A stretch of 64,000 nucleotides of DNA from a virus. Below, in pieces: positions 54,757-64,000 of this stretch. The notes under the pieces were generated by a model. The model worked only from the letters and a program-made list of their open reading frames with translations, ran no database searches and was not told where the DNA came from. The position numbers were made by a program, and so were the translations under genes. The stretch lies in UHGV virus genome UHGV-1351569, one strand, 5' to 3'. Position 1 is the stretch's first letter, and every line of letters starts with the position of its first letter.

Positions 54757-55023
54757 GTGATCGTGCTGTATTTAGTTCAGTTGCTAAGGAAATTAAACTC
54801 CATGGGTAAAACGTATCGTCGTAAAGATTTAAAAGTACGTGATTATGACTATTTCGGAAAGCGTAAAGCTCCTGATGGTGTAAGTCATAAAGATATGGTT
54901 GAAAACATTTTTCGCTCTGATAAATGGCGTAGAATGAAAGGCATTGATTCAGAAGTTAAAGATGAGTTAAATCGTCAATTGCGTGGTGAAGTAAGAAAGT
55001 TGAAAAAAATCAGTTTACATTGA
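54757..55023 (+). CDS. hypothetical basic protein
   Basis: 88-aa ORF; likely start at internal ATG 54802; a 58-aa ORF (54633-54809) lies upstream. Confidence 0.4.
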   Translation: MIVLYLVQLLRKLNSMGKTYRRKDLKVRDYDYFGKRKAPDGVSHKDMVENIFRSDKWRRMKGIDSEVKDELNRQLRGEVRKLKKISLH

Positions 55024-55025
55024 CG

Positions 55026-55235
55026 ATGATTTTGATTACAATACTTCTCAACGAGTTGCTAAGCGTAAATCAAACGAGTGCTATCGTTACAGCTGAGGAA
55101 AATATGAATATCAAACGCATGCTTTTTAAACAAGGATTATACACTTTAAATATTGCTCCAAAAGGCGATACGACCAAGTGGTCAGTAAATGACTGGATTA
55201 AATTCATTGATGAAAACGGTAACTGGAAAATTTAA
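55026..55235 (+). CDS. hypothetical protein
   Basis: 69 aa from first ATG. Confidence 0.4.
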   Translation: MILITILLNELLSVNQTSAIVTAEENMNIKRMLFKQGLYTLNIAPKGDTTKWSVNDWIKFIDENGNWKI

Positions 55236-55436
55236 ATGAATCCTGAATCTAAATTATCACAACGAATTGCCGAAGCTCGTCGTCAGTTCTTTGAAAATAT
55301 GATAGCCCAAGGTATTGATGACGAAGTTTTTCTGAACTGGTTTTGGAATCACAAATATTCAAAATGCGCAGGAGCAATATTAATATCAGCTGCAATGATG
55401 TACGAAGGCTGGAAGGGTGCCAAACGGTTTAGCTAA
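55236..55436 (+). CDS. hypothetical protein
   Basis: 66-aa ORF. Confidence 0.45.
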   Translation: MNPESKLSQRIAEARRQFFENMIAQGIDDEVFLNWFWNHKYSKCAGAILISAAMMYEGWKGAKRFS

Positions 55437-55453
55437 GGGCTTCGGCCCTTTTT
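55436..55453 (+). terminator. rho-independent terminator
   Basis: AGGGC-ttcg-GCCCT followed by T5. Confidence 0.7.
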
Positions 55454-55488
55454 GGATAATAAAATTTTAACGTAATTGAGGATAATGT

Positions 55489-55815
55489 ATGACTATTCAA
55501 ATTAAAAACGCCATCAATTCTTATGCATATGATAAAGTAGTTTCTTTGCTAGAAAAAGGCGATATTGTAACTCCTCAAATTTTGGATAAATGGGAAAAAG
55601 AGCTTCATCAGACGATGAAACAGAATGATCAGAAAATTGGACGCAATACTGTCCGTGAATTGTTGGTTCAATATATCTTGTCAGAATTTGATGTTAAAGC
55701 TTTTGGCGTAGAATCTAAAGCTTATCAAAAGCATGAAATTTCTGATAAAACTATTCGTCGTATGAAAAATCAACGCAAGAAAAAATTTGCTGATCTGAAA
55801 ATTACTAAGGCATAA
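55489..55815 (+). CDS. hypothetical protein
   Basis: 108-aa ORF. Confidence 0.5.
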   Translation: MTIQIKNAINSYAYDKVVSLLEKGDIVTPQILDKWEKELHQTMKQNDQKIGRNTVRELLVQYILSEFDVKAFGVESKAYQKHEISDKTIRRMKNQRKKKFADLKITKA

Positions 55816-55817
55816 TT

Positions 55818-56033
55818 ATGAATGAAGCTCTTATTAACGATTTACGTCTTGCTGGGTATGAAGTAAATACAAATGGCATTGGTTTAACTCAAATTGAAGG
55901 AAACGGATTCATCCTTGAGTATGAATTTAGCCAATGGTGGTTATACGCTAATTACGGCGAATTGATTGAATACGTTGACCAATTTGATTCACTAGATGCA
56001 GCTCTCGAAGCGGCTAAGTTGATGAATGTATGA
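55818..56033 (+). CDS. hypothetical protein
   Basis: 71-aa ORF. Confidence 0.45.
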   Translation: MNEALINDLRLAGYEVNTNGIGLTQIEGNGFILEYEFSQWWLYANYGELIEYVDQFDSLDAALEAAKLMNV

Positions 56034-56299
56034 AATTTATTAATATTTCTATTACTATTGAAAATTATGGAATTTTCTATGTTGATCAATACATGAAAAT
56101 TTCATTTTTCCCAAATAAGACTGGTGTTGGATATTGGGAAAGCCATGTTTCTGAATTAAATGAAAGCGAATATGTTAGCACACATGAAAAGTTTTTAGAC
56201 TTTTTATATCATGCTGATTTAACTAGTCATTATATAGATATTCATGAATTTAAAAAGATGATGGAGAAAGTATTCCAAGCATACTGTTTACTTAGATAA
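56030..56299 (+). CDS. hypothetical protein
   Basis: 89-aa ORF. Confidence 0.45.
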   Translation: MKFINISITIENYGIFYVDQYMKISFFPNKTGVGYWESHVSELNESEYVSTHEKFLDFLYHADLTSHYIDIHEFKKMMEKVFQAYCLLR

Positions 56300-56377
56300 C
56301 TGATATCCTCTATGCTTTAAGATAGATCTTCAAATATTATGATATAATAGATCTATGAATTGAGCTAAGAGGTGAAA

Positions 56378-56935
56378 ATGTCAGAAACTAAGCCTAAATA
56401 TAATTACGTAAACAATAAAGAGCTTTTACAAGCTATTATTGATTGGAAAACAGAATTAGCAAATAATAAAGACCCAAATAAAGTAGTTCGTCAGAATGAT
56501 ACTATCGGATTAGCCATTATGCTTATTGCAGAAGGCTTATCTAAACGTTTCAACTTTTCAGGATACACCCAATCCTGGAAACAAGAAATGATTGCAGATG
56601 GTATAGAAGCTTCTATTAAGGGGCTTCATAATTTTGATGAAACGAAATATAAAAACCCACATGCGTATATAACTCAAGCTTGTTTTAATGCATTCGTCCA
56701 ACGTATTAAAAAAGAACGTAAGGAAGTTGCAAAGAAATATAGTTACTTCGTTCACAATGTCTATGACAGTCGTGACGACGATATGGTTGCGTTAGTAGAT
56801 GAAACTTTTATTCAAGACATCTACGATAAAATGACGCATTACGAAGAATCAACCTATAGAACACCGGGGGCTGAAAAGAAAAGTGTTGTAGACGATTCTC
56901 CTAGTTTGGATTTTTTATATGAGGCTAACGATTAA
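56378..56935 (+). CDS. 55: late transcription sigma factor gp55
   Basis: 185 aa from [21 protein letters not shown]...; position between nrdH region and alpha-gt. Confidence 0.85.
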
Positions 56936-57137
56936 CCTCTCCGGATTCTTGGAAGAAATACCCGAAGTTGAAGCTATTCCCTATTTACTTAAAATGTATC
57001 TCAGGGAAGTTTTAGCTCTTGACATTGATATTGATCCAGAAAATCCGTATGATACCGCTTTTAAATCTAATGGTGTAGAATTAAACTATCGGTATCATTT
57101 AACAGATGATGATTTTTATTTTATATTAGAGAAATAA
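56919..57137 (+). CDS. hypothetical protein
   Basis: 72-aa ORF. Confidence 0.45.
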
Positions 57138-57138
57138 T

Positions 57139-57456
57139 ATGACTGATAAACCCGAAATTAATGATGAAGTGGAAAAGCTTATTTCTTCTATTGAAGAAAA
57201 GAACCGTCTTGAAGCAGAAAGAAAAGCAAATAAGTTATTGTCTAAAAACAAACGCGAACTGAACCGTCTCTATAAGCACGCTCAGATTGCAGCTGAAAAC
57301 AATAATTTTGCTCAATACGAATATGCTATCAAGAAAAGTCGGGATATTCTAAAACAGCCATATAACGATGAACTCATTAGTATTCTTTGGAAGACTACTA
57401 GATCGCAGATTGAGGATATGATTGATGCTTACACGCGTAAAATTCAAGCGTCTTAA
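57139..57456 (+). CDS. hypothetical protein
   Basis: 105-aa ORF. Confidence 0.5.
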   Translation: MTDKPEINDEVEKLISSIEEKNRLEAERKANKLLSKNKRELNRLYKHAQIAAENNNFAQYEYAIKKSRDILKQPYNDELISILWKTTRSQIEDMIDAYTRKIQAS

Positions 57457-57628
57457 AATTAATGCAGGATTTACTGAATCTTTGAATGGTCATCTTTGCG
57501 TGAAAATTTCTGAAAAGGAATACCATGATAGTTCAATTAAAGAAGTTAATCCTCCTATTGTAAGAGCAGACCCTAATATGAAAGTGTGGGTTGATTCCTA
57601 TCAAGTCAAAAAATGGTGGCAACTGTGA
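57422..57628 (+). CDS. hypothetical protein
   Basis: 68-aa ORF. Confidence 0.4.
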   Translation: MMLTRVKFKRLKINAGFTESLNGHLCVKISEKEYHDSSIKEVNPPIVRADPNMKVWVDSYQVKKWWQL

Positions 57629-57803
57629 AAGATGAACACCCAGACTTCTGAAATAGATTATAATAAAATTCGTTCCTCTAAAGTAGAAATGATGAGACGC
57701 TTTAAAGAGTCTCATGATAAAGCTAAAGCAGAAGGAACTATAACATATAAGCGTATAAAATTTAGAAGCTCTAATGAGCCTCTGTATGGTGTATTATGCG
57801 GAT

Positions 57804-57819
57804 AGGAGCTTCGGCTCCT
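57804..57819 (+). terminator. hairpin AGGAGC-ttcg-GCTCCT
   Basis: GC stem with UUCG loop; weak U tract. Confidence 0.4.
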
Positions 57820-57823
57820 ATAT

Positions 57824-57847
57824 TGCTTTACAAATTTTTGGTAAAAT
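57824..57847 (+). promoter_or_regulatory. middle promoter (MotA box TGCTTTA, -10 TAAAAT) for alpha-gt
   Basis: MotA box at 57824-57830, 11 nt spacer, -10 at 57842-57847. Confidence 0.55.
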
Positions 57848-57871
57848 AAACCAAAACAATGAGGATATTAA

Positions 57872-59074
57872 ATGAAAGTATGCATTTTTATGGCTCGAGG
57901 TCTTGAAGGTTGCGGTGTAACTAAATTTTCTCTTGAGCAACGTGATTGGTTTATTAAAAACGGTCATGAAGTAACTTTAGTTTATGCTAAAGATAAATCA
58001 TTTACCCGTAATTGCGCGCATGATTATAAATCATTTTCAATTCCGGTTTTATTGGCAAAAGAATACGATAAAACACTTAAGCTGGTAAATGATTGTGATA
58101 TTCTAATTATCAATTCAGTTCCTGCTACTTCAGTCGAAGAAGACACTATTAATAACTATAAAAAAATTATTGATAACATTAAACCTTCGGTTCGTGTTGT
58201 AGTTTATCAACATGACCATTCTTCTCTTTCTTTGCGTCGAAATTTGGGATTAGAAGAAACTGTTCGCCGAGCTGATGTTATTTTTAGTCATTCTGATAAT
58301 GGTGATTTTAATAAAGTTCTGATGAAAGAATGGTATCCAGAAACTGTTTCACTGTTTGATGATATTGAAGAAGCACCGACCGTATACAACTTTCAGCCTC
58401 CTATGGATATTGCGAAGGTTCGATCAACCTACTGGAAAGATGTTTCTGAAATTAACATGAATATCAACCGTTGGATTGGTCGTACGACTACATGGAAAGG
58501 TTTTTATCAGATGTTTGATTTTCACGAAAAACATCTTAAACCTGCAGGACTAAGTACTATTATGGAAGGTCTGGAACGTTCTCCAGCGTTCATTCCTATT
58601 AAAGAAAAAGGAATTCCATACGAGTATTATCGTCTTCATCAAGTAGACCAAATTAAAATTGCTCCTAATTTGCCAACGCAAATTCTTGACCGTTATGTAA
58701 ATAGCGAAATGCTTGAACGCATGAGTAAATCCGGATTTGGTTATCAGCTGAGTAAATTAGATAAAAAATATCTACAACGTTCTTTAGAATATACTCATCT
58801 CGAGCTTGGTGCATGTGGAACAATTCCAGTATTTTGGAAATCTACTGGCGAAAATTTAAAATTCCGTGTTGATAATACTCCGTTAATTTCTCATGATAGC
58901 GGTATCGTTTGGTTTGATGAAAATGACATGGAATCAACATTTGAGCGTATTAAAGAACTGTCATCTGACCGAGCTCTTTATGACCGTGAACGCGAAAAAG
59001 CTTATGAATTTTTGTATCAGCATCAAGATTCAAGCTTCTGCTTTAAAGAACAGTTTGACATTATTACAAAATAA
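57872..59074 (+). CDS. a-gt: DNA alpha-glucosyltransferase
   Basis: 400 aa, MKVCIFMARGLEGCGVTKFSLEQRDWF...; size and position as T4 alpha-gt. Confidence 0.85.
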   Translation: MKVCIFMARGLEGCGVTKFSLEQRDWFIKNGHEVTLVYAKDKSFTRNCAHDYKSFSIPVLLAKEYDKTLKLVNDCDILIINSVPATSVEEDTINNYKKIIDNIKPSVRVVVYQHDHSSLSLRRNLGLEETVRRADVIFSHSDNGDFNKVLMKEWYPETVSLFDDIEEAPTVYNFQPPMDIAKVRSTYWKDVSEINMNINRWIGRTTTWKGFYQMFDFHEKHLKPAGLSTIMEGLERSPAFIPIKEKGIPYEYYRLHQVDQIKIAPNLPTQILDRYVNSEMLERMSKSGFGYQLSKLDKKYLQRSLEYTHLELGACGTIPVFWKSTGENLKFRVDNTPLISHDSGIVWFDENDMESTFERIKELSSDRALYDREREKAYEFLYQHQDSSFCFKEQFDIITK

Positions 59075-59090
59075 AGGGCTTCGGCCCTTT
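59074..59090 (+). terminator. rho-independent terminator
   Basis: AAGGGC-ttcg-GCCCTT; same 21-mer recurs at 63781. Confidence 0.6.
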
Positions 59091-59250
59091 AGCTTTATAC
59101 GGAGTTTGATATAATGATATTTCTTGGATATGTGATACTTTTTCTCGCATTTTATCTATTCACTAGAGCATGTTGGATTGGGTTCTTTAGCACTCCAGAT
59201 GGATTTATTTCAATAATTTTATTTTGCATTTCAATGACGGTTCTTGATAT

Positions 59251-60270
59251 ATGAAAATTTTAAATTTAGGTGATTGGCATTTAGGCGTTAAAGCTGATGA
59301 TGAATGGATTCGCGGTATTCAAATTGATGGAATTAAGCAAGCGATAGAATATTCTAAGAAAAATGGAATTACTGTATGGATTCAATACGGTGATATTTTT
59401 GATGTACGAAAAGCGATCACGCATAAAACTATGGAGTTTGCTCGTGAGATAGTTCAAATGCTTGATGACGCTGGAATCACATTACATACTATTGTAGGAA
59501 ATCACGATCTCCACTATAAAAATGTAATGCATCCAAATGCTTCTACTGAGCTTTTGGCTAAATATCCTAATGTTAAAGTATATGATAAGCCTACTACAGT
59601 AGATTTTGACGGATGTTTGATTGATTTAATTCCTTGGATGTGCGAAGAAAATACTGGTGAAATTCTTGAACACATCAAAACTTCATCTGCTTCTTTTTGT
59701 GTTGGTCACTGGGAACTGAATGGATTTTATTTTTATAAAGGAATGAAATCTCACGGTCTTGAACCTGATTTCCTTAAGACTTATAAAGAGGTGTGGTCTG
59801 GTCACTTCCATACTATCTCTGAGGCTGCTAACGTCAGATATATTGGGACACCATGGACACTAACTGCAGGTGACGAGAATGACCCTCGTGGGTTCTGGAT
59901 GTTTGATACAGAAACAGAACGAATGGAATTTATTCCAAACAACACCACCTGGCATCGTCGAATTCAATATCCATTTAAGGGAAAAATTGACTATAAAGAT
60001 TTTACAAATTTATCAGTACGTGTTATAGTAACTGAGGTAGACAAAAATCTAACGAAGTTCGAATCTGAACTAGAAAAAGTTGTGCATTCATTACGAGTTG
60101 TGTCAAAGATTGATAACTCTGTCGAGTCAGATGATAGTGAAGAAGTTGAAGTTCAATCTCTTCAGACGTTGATGGAAGAATACATTAATGCAATTCCAGA
60201 CATCACTGATTCTGACCGCGAAGCACTTATTCAATATGCAAATCAGTTATATGTAGAGGCAACACAATGA
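59251..60270 (+). CDS. 47: recombination endonuclease subunit gp47 (Mre11-like)
   Basis: 339 aa; phosphoesterase motifs LGDWHLG, GDIFD, GNHD. Confidence 0.9.
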   Translation: MKILNLGDWHLGVKADDEWIRGIQIDGIKQAIEYSKKNGITVWIQYGDIFDVRKAITHKTMEFAREIVQMLDDAGITLHTIVGNHDLHYKNVMHPNASTELLAKYPNVKVYDKPTTVDFDGCLIDLIPWMCEENTGEILEHIKTSSASFCVGHWELNGFYFYKGMKSHGLEPDFLKTYKEVWSGHFHTISEAANVRYIGTPWTLTAGDENDPRGFWMFDTETERMEFIPNNTTWHRRIQYPFKGKIDYKDFTNLSVRVIVTEVDKNLTKFESELEKVVHSLRVVSKIDNSVESDDSEEVEVQSLQTLMEEYINAIPDITDSDREALIQYANQLYVEATQ

Positions 60271-60530
60271 CTTTTGATGAATTTAAAAATGTTATGATGA
60301 GTCAGCATTTTGAATGTGAAGTAAAAGATGATATTGGGCATAAAGAAATTATTGAATATTGGTTTGAACCGCTAGAGGTTGAAGATAATTGTATTAAAAA
60401 GGTCACGGTCTGCACTGACTGGGCTGTATCTTTTAACTTCAACATTTTAGATAATGACACACCTAAATCATTACAAGATATGGCTGTATCTTGTATTAAG
60501 GATGCATACTGTGAAGTTTTCGACATTTGA
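60267..60530 (+). CDS. hypothetical protein
   Basis: 87-aa ORF between 47 and 46. Confidence 0.45.
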   Translation: MTFDEFKNVMMSQHFECEVKDDIGHKEIIEYWFEPLEVEDNCIKKVTVCTDWAVSFNFNILDNDTPKSLQDMAVSCIKDAYCEVFDI

Positions 60531-60717
60531 CATTAACGATGAATTCATAGCAAATATTGATTACACCGAAGAAGATTCTAGATATGTTGGAATAATTTAT
60601 ATCACATCAAAAGCAGCACAAGGTGTTGTTTGCATGGCTGAATTTGATGAATACTTTTTAGATTATGATGATATGATAGAATGGTCTAAAAGATACATTA
60701 AAAGGAATCTTTTGTGA
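60502..60717 (+). CDS. hypothetical protein
   Basis: ORF overlapping upstream gene; start uncertain (ATG 60502 or GTG 60511). Confidence 0.35.
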   Translation: MHTVKFSTFDINDEFIANIDYTEEDSRYVGIIYITSKAAQGVVCMAEFDEYFLDYDDMIEWSKRYIKRNLL

Positions 60718-62396
60718 AGAATTTTAAACTAAACCGAGTTAGGTATCAAAATATAATGTCAGTAGGTGGAAATCCTATTGACATTCAATTAGATAAGGTT
60801 CAAAAAACTCTTATTACTGGACGAAATGGCGGTGGTAAGTCTACTATGTTAGAAGCCATCACATTTGGGCTTTTTGGCAAGCCATTTCGTGATGTAAAGA
60901 AAGGTCAATTAATAAACAGCACAAATAAGAAAGAACTTTTAGTTGAACTGTGGATGGAATATGATGAGAAAAAGTACTATATCAAAAGAGGACAAAAACC
61001 AAACGTTTTCGAAATCACCGTTAACGGTACACGTCTTAATGAATCTGCCAGCAGTAAAGATTTCCAAGCAGAATTTGAACAGCTTATCGGAATGTCATAT
61101 GCCAGTTTCAAGCAGATTGTTGTTCTTGGTACAGCAGGGTATACCCCTTTCATGGGTTTGTCGACCCCTGCACGAAGAAAGCTTGTGGAAGACCTGCTTG
61201 AGGTAGGAACATTAGCTGAAATGGATAAGCTTAATAAAGCACTAATACGTGAATTAAATTCACAAAACCAAGTGCTTGATGTTAAAAAAGATAGTATTAT
61301 CCAACAAATTAAAATATATAATGATAACGTTGAACGCCAGAAAAAATTAACTGGTGATAACCTTACTCGTCTGCAGAATATGTATGATGATTTGGCAAAA
61401 GAAGCTAGAACGTTAAAATCGGAAATAGAAGAAGCTAATGAAAGATTAGTTAATATTGTTTTGGATGAAGACCCGACTGATGCATTTAATAAAATCGGTC
61501 AAGAAGCATTTTTGATTAAATCAAAAATTGACTCGTATAATAAAGTCATTAATATGTATCACGAAGGTGGATTATGTCCAACCTGTTTGTCACAATTAAG
61601 TTCCGGCGATAAAGTTGTTTCTAAAATTAAAGATAAAGTTTCTGAATGCACGCATTCGTTTGAACAGCTTTCAACACATCGTGATAATTTAAAAGTTCTT
61701 GTTGATGAATACCGAGATAATATTAAAACCCAACAGTCGTTGGCGAATGATATTCGCAATAAAAAGCAATCTCTAATCACGACTGTAGATAAAGCTAAAA
61801 AAGTTAAAGCGGCTATAGAAAAAGCATCTTCTGAGTTTATTGACCATGCTGATGAAATAGCACTGCTTCAAGAAGAACTTGATAAAATTGTTAAGACAAA
61901 AACTAATTTAGTAATGGAAAAATACCATAGAGGAATTTTGACTGATATGCTCAAAGATTCTGGTATTAAAGGTGCTATTATTAAAAAGTACATTCCATTA
62001 TTTAATAAGCAAATTAACCATTATCTTAAAATAATGGAAGCGGATTATGTGTTTACATTAGATGAAGAATTTAATGAGACAATTAAATCCCGTGGTCGTG
62101 AAGATTTTAGTTATGCTTCATTTAGTCAAGGTGAAAAAGCACGAATTGATATTGCTCTTTTATTTACTTGGCGTGATATTGCTGAAAAAGTTTCAGGTGT
62201 TAAAATAAACACACTAATTCTTGATGAAGTTTTTGATTCAGCAACCGATGTTGAAGGTGTAAAAGCTATTTCAACTATTTTAGATAGTTTAAAAAATACT
62301 AATGTTTTTGTTATTTCACATAGAGACCATGACCCACAGGCATATGGTCAGCATCTCCAAATGAAGAAAGTTGGTCGATTTACTGTAATGGTTTAA
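60714..62396 (+). CDS. 46: recombination endonuclease subunit gp46 (Rad50/SbcC-like ATPase)
   Basis: 560 aa, Walker A GRNGGGKST, central coiled coil with CxxC zinc hook, C-terminal LILDEVFD. Confidence 0.9.
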   Translation: MKNFKLNRVRYQNIMSVGGNPIDIQLDKVQKTLITGRNGGGKSTMLEAITFGLFGKPFRDVKKGQLINSTNKKELLVELWMEYDEKKYYIKRGQKPNVFEITVNGTRLNESASSKDFQAEFEQLIGMSYASFKQIVVLGTAGYTPFMGLSTPARRKLVEDLLEVGTLAEMDKLNKALIRELNSQNQVLDVKKDSIIQQIKIYNDNVERQKKLTGDNLTRLQNMYDDLAKEARTLKSEIEEANERLVNIVLDEDPTDAFNKIGQEAFLIKSKIDSYNKVINMYHEGGLCPTCLSQLSSGDKVVSKIKDKVSECTHSFEQLSTHRDNLKVLVDEYRDNIKTQQSLANDIRNKKQSLITTVDKAKKVKAAIEKASSEFIDHADEIALLQEELDKIVKTKTNLVMEKYHRGILTDMLKDSGIKGAIIKKYIPLFNKQINHYLKIMEADYVFTLDEEFNETIKSRGREDFSYASFSQGEKARIDIALLFTWRDIAEKVSGVKINTLILDEVFDSATDVEGVKAISTILDSLKNTNVFVISHRDHDPQAYGQHLQMKKVGRFTVMV

Positions 62397-62410
62397 TTTA
62401 TTAGAGATTA

Positions 62411-62434
62411 TGCTTTAATTTATTAGAGTATAAT
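62411..62434 (+). promoter_or_regulatory. middle promoter (MotA box TGCTTTA, -10 TATAAT)
   Basis: MotA box 62411-62417, 11 nt spacer, TATAAT 62429-62434. Confidence 0.6.
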
Positions 62435-62451
62435 CTCTATGGAGGAAAAAC

Positions 62452-62640
62452 ATGGAATATTCAACTGGACAGCATCTATTAACTATTCCTGAAATAAAAC
62501 GATATATTCTGAGAAATAATTTTTCTAATGAAGAGCATATAGTTACTGAATCTATGCTTAAGAATGCATTTAAATCAGAATATACGAAAATAATGTCCAA
62601 CAGGAATGAAGCTTGGACTGTTACTGATTATTATGACTAA
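62452..62640 (+). CDS. hypothetical protein (45.2 position)
   Basis: 62-aa ORF between 46 and rpbA. Confidence 0.55.
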   Translation: MEYSTGQHLLTIPEIKRYILRNNFSNEEHIVTESMLKNAFKSEYTKIMSNRNEAWTVTDYYD

Positions 62641-62649
62641 AGGTGTATT

Positions 62650-63039
62650 ATGACTAAAATTACTGTGAATTATACTGTTGATGTAAAAGATATTCAGCCA
62701 AAACACGTGCGTTCTGAATCAAATCCACAAAACCAAAATAAAATTCGTCGAGCATGGGTTTTGTCTCTTTCTGATAATGCAATGGAAGTTATTCAGAACA
62801 AAATTAAATCTGCACCTGCTCGTCATGCGTATTATGAAGCTATTGATCGTGAAGTGAGTGATAAATGGATTGAACTGATGCGCAAACATACGGCAGAATC
62901 TCTAAACGCTGGTGCCAAATTTATTATGACTTCATGTGGTGAACGCCTTGAAGATGATTACTGCGGTAATGCAGATGAACGTCTAATTGTTGCTGCTCAA
63001 ATTGTTGCTGAAACAATTGCTGCTGATTTTAATCGTTAA
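62650..63039 (+). CDS. rpbA: RNA polymerase binding protein RpbA
   Basis: 129-aa ORF immediately upstream of gene 45. Confidence 0.65.
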   Translation: MTKITVNYTVDVKDIQPKHVRSESNPQNQNKIRRAWVLSLSDNAMEVIQNKIKSAPARHAYYEAIDREVSDKWIELMRKHTAESLNAGAKFIMTSCGERLEDDYCGNADERLIVAAQIVAETIAADFNR

Positions 63040-63040
63040 T

Positions 63041-63063
63041 TGCTTTATTAAATTAGTTATAAA
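63041..63063 (+). promoter_or_regulatory. middle promoter for gene 45 (MotA box TGCTTTA, -10 TATAAA)
   Basis: MotA box 63041-63047, -10 at 63058-63063. Confidence 0.6.
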
Positions 63064-63094
63064 ATTAAATCTCATTTGAATTGAAGGAAATTAC

Positions 63095-63781
63095 ATGAAA
63101 CTGTCTAAAGATACTACTGCTCTGCTTAAAAATTTCGCTACTATTAACTCTGGTATTATGCTTAAATCCGGTCAATTTATTATGACTCGCGCAGTTAATG
63201 GTACAACTTATGCGGAAGCAAATATTTCTGACACTATTGATTTTGATGTAGCGATTTACGATTTGAACGGTTTTCTCGGTATTCTGTCTCTAGTTAATGA
63301 CGATGCAGAAATTTCCCAGTCAGAAGATGGAAATATTAAAATTGCTGATGCCCGTTCAACAATTTTTTGGCCAGCAGCTGATCCGAGTACAGTAGTTGCT
63401 CCTAATAAACCAATTCCATTCCCGGTAGCATCTGTTGTTACCGAAATTAAAGCTGAAGACCTTCAACAGCTGTTGCGTGTATCTCGCGGTCTGCAGATTG
63501 ATACAATTGCTATCACAGTAAAAGAAGGTAAAATTGTAATTAACGGTTTTAACAAAGTAGAAGATTCTGCTTTGACCCGTGTTAAATATTCTTTGACTCT
63601 TGGTGATTATGATGGTGAAAATACATTTAATTTCATTATCAATATGGCAAATATGAAAATGCAACCAGGAAATTATAAACTTCTTCTCTGGGCAAAAGGT
63701 AAACAAGGCGCTGCTAAATTTGAAGGTGAACATGCGAATTATGTAGTAGCTCTTGAAGCTGATTCTACCCACGATTTTTAA
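63095..63781 (+). CDS. 45: sliding clamp gp45
   Basis: 228 aa, MKLSKDTTALLKNFATINSGIMLKSGQFIMTRAV... recognised as T4 gp45. Confidence 0.9.
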   Translation: MKLSKDTTALLKNFATINSGIMLKSGQFIMTRAVNGTTYAEANISDTIDFDVAIYDLNGFLGILSLVNDDAEISQSEDGNIKIADARSTIFWPAADPSTVVAPNKPIPFPVASVVTEIKAEDLQQLLRVSRGLQIDTIAITVKEGKIVINGFNKVEDSALTRVKYSLTLGDYDGENTFNFIINMANMKMQPGNYKLLLWAKGKQGAAKFEGEHANYVVALEADSTHDF

Positions 63782-63783
63782 TA

Positions 63784-63799
63784 AAGGGCTTCGGCCCTT
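63784..63799 (+). terminator. hairpin AAGGGC-ttcg-GCCCTT after gene 45
   Basis: identical to the hairpin after alpha-gt. Confidence 0.5.
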
Positions 63800-63832
63800 T
63801 ATAATTTACACTAAAACTTGAATGAGGAAATT

Positions 63833-64000
63833 ATGATTACTGTAAATGAAAAAGAACACATTCTTGAACAGAAATATCGTCCATCTACTATCGATGAATG
63901 TATTCTTCCCGCCTTTGATAAAGAAACCTTTAAATCTATTACAAGTAAAGGTAAAATTCCACATATTATTCTTCATTCTCCTTCTCCAGGAACAGGTAAA
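63833..64000 (+). CDS. 44: clamp loader subunit gp44, 5' portion only (runs off window end)
   Basis: MITVNEKEHILEQKYRPSTIDECILPAFDK...HSPSPGTGK (Walker A begins at the window edge); RBS GAGG. Confidence 0.85.
   Translation, partial: MITVNEKEHILEQKYRPSTIDECILPAFDKETFKSITSKGKIPHIILHSPSPGTGK

Overview
This window is a contiguous 64 kb segment of a T-even (T4-like, Tequatrovirus-type) lytic coliphage genome, read here as the reverse complement of the conventional T4 map. All calls rest on reading the translations, motifs and gene order by eye; no database search was run. Positions 1-18602 carry the late tail/baseplate/neck module on the minus strand (16 partial, 15, 14, 13, wac, 12, 11, 10, 9, 8, 7, 6, 5.4, 5.1, 5, 53). 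From 18650 onward everything is on the plus strand: 4, 2, 3, 1, 57A, 57B, a hypervariable small-ORF locus, a tRNA cluster with segB, tRNA-Arg and a stable-RNA-like region, the e.x-type small ORFs, nudE, lysozyme e, an IP-like gene, the vs region, regB, vs, tk, rI, a second block of small ORFs, the nrdC.1-11-type array, nrdC, 49, nrdD split by a group I intron carrying I-TevII, nrdG, nrdH, 55, alpha-gt, 47, 46, 45.2, rpbA, 45 and the start of 44. The phage is very close to T4 but not identical: the lysozyme differs at a few residues, there is no denV/ipII between e and regB, and the tRNA cluster is about 160 bp shorter than the eight-tRNA T4 arrangement. The most interesting items are a Pro/Thr-type hybrid pseudo-tRNA, promoter/stem-loop flanked ORF cassettes encoding capsid-targeting-like proteins, a GrcA-like gene whose 3' half has host-type codon usage, a P-loop NTPase where denV is expected, a nucleotidyltransferase-fold gene next to a frame-split AAA ATPase, and two tandem paralogue arrays. 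Promoter, terminator, tRNA and intron coordinates are approximate (about +/-2 nt, intron +/-10 nt).
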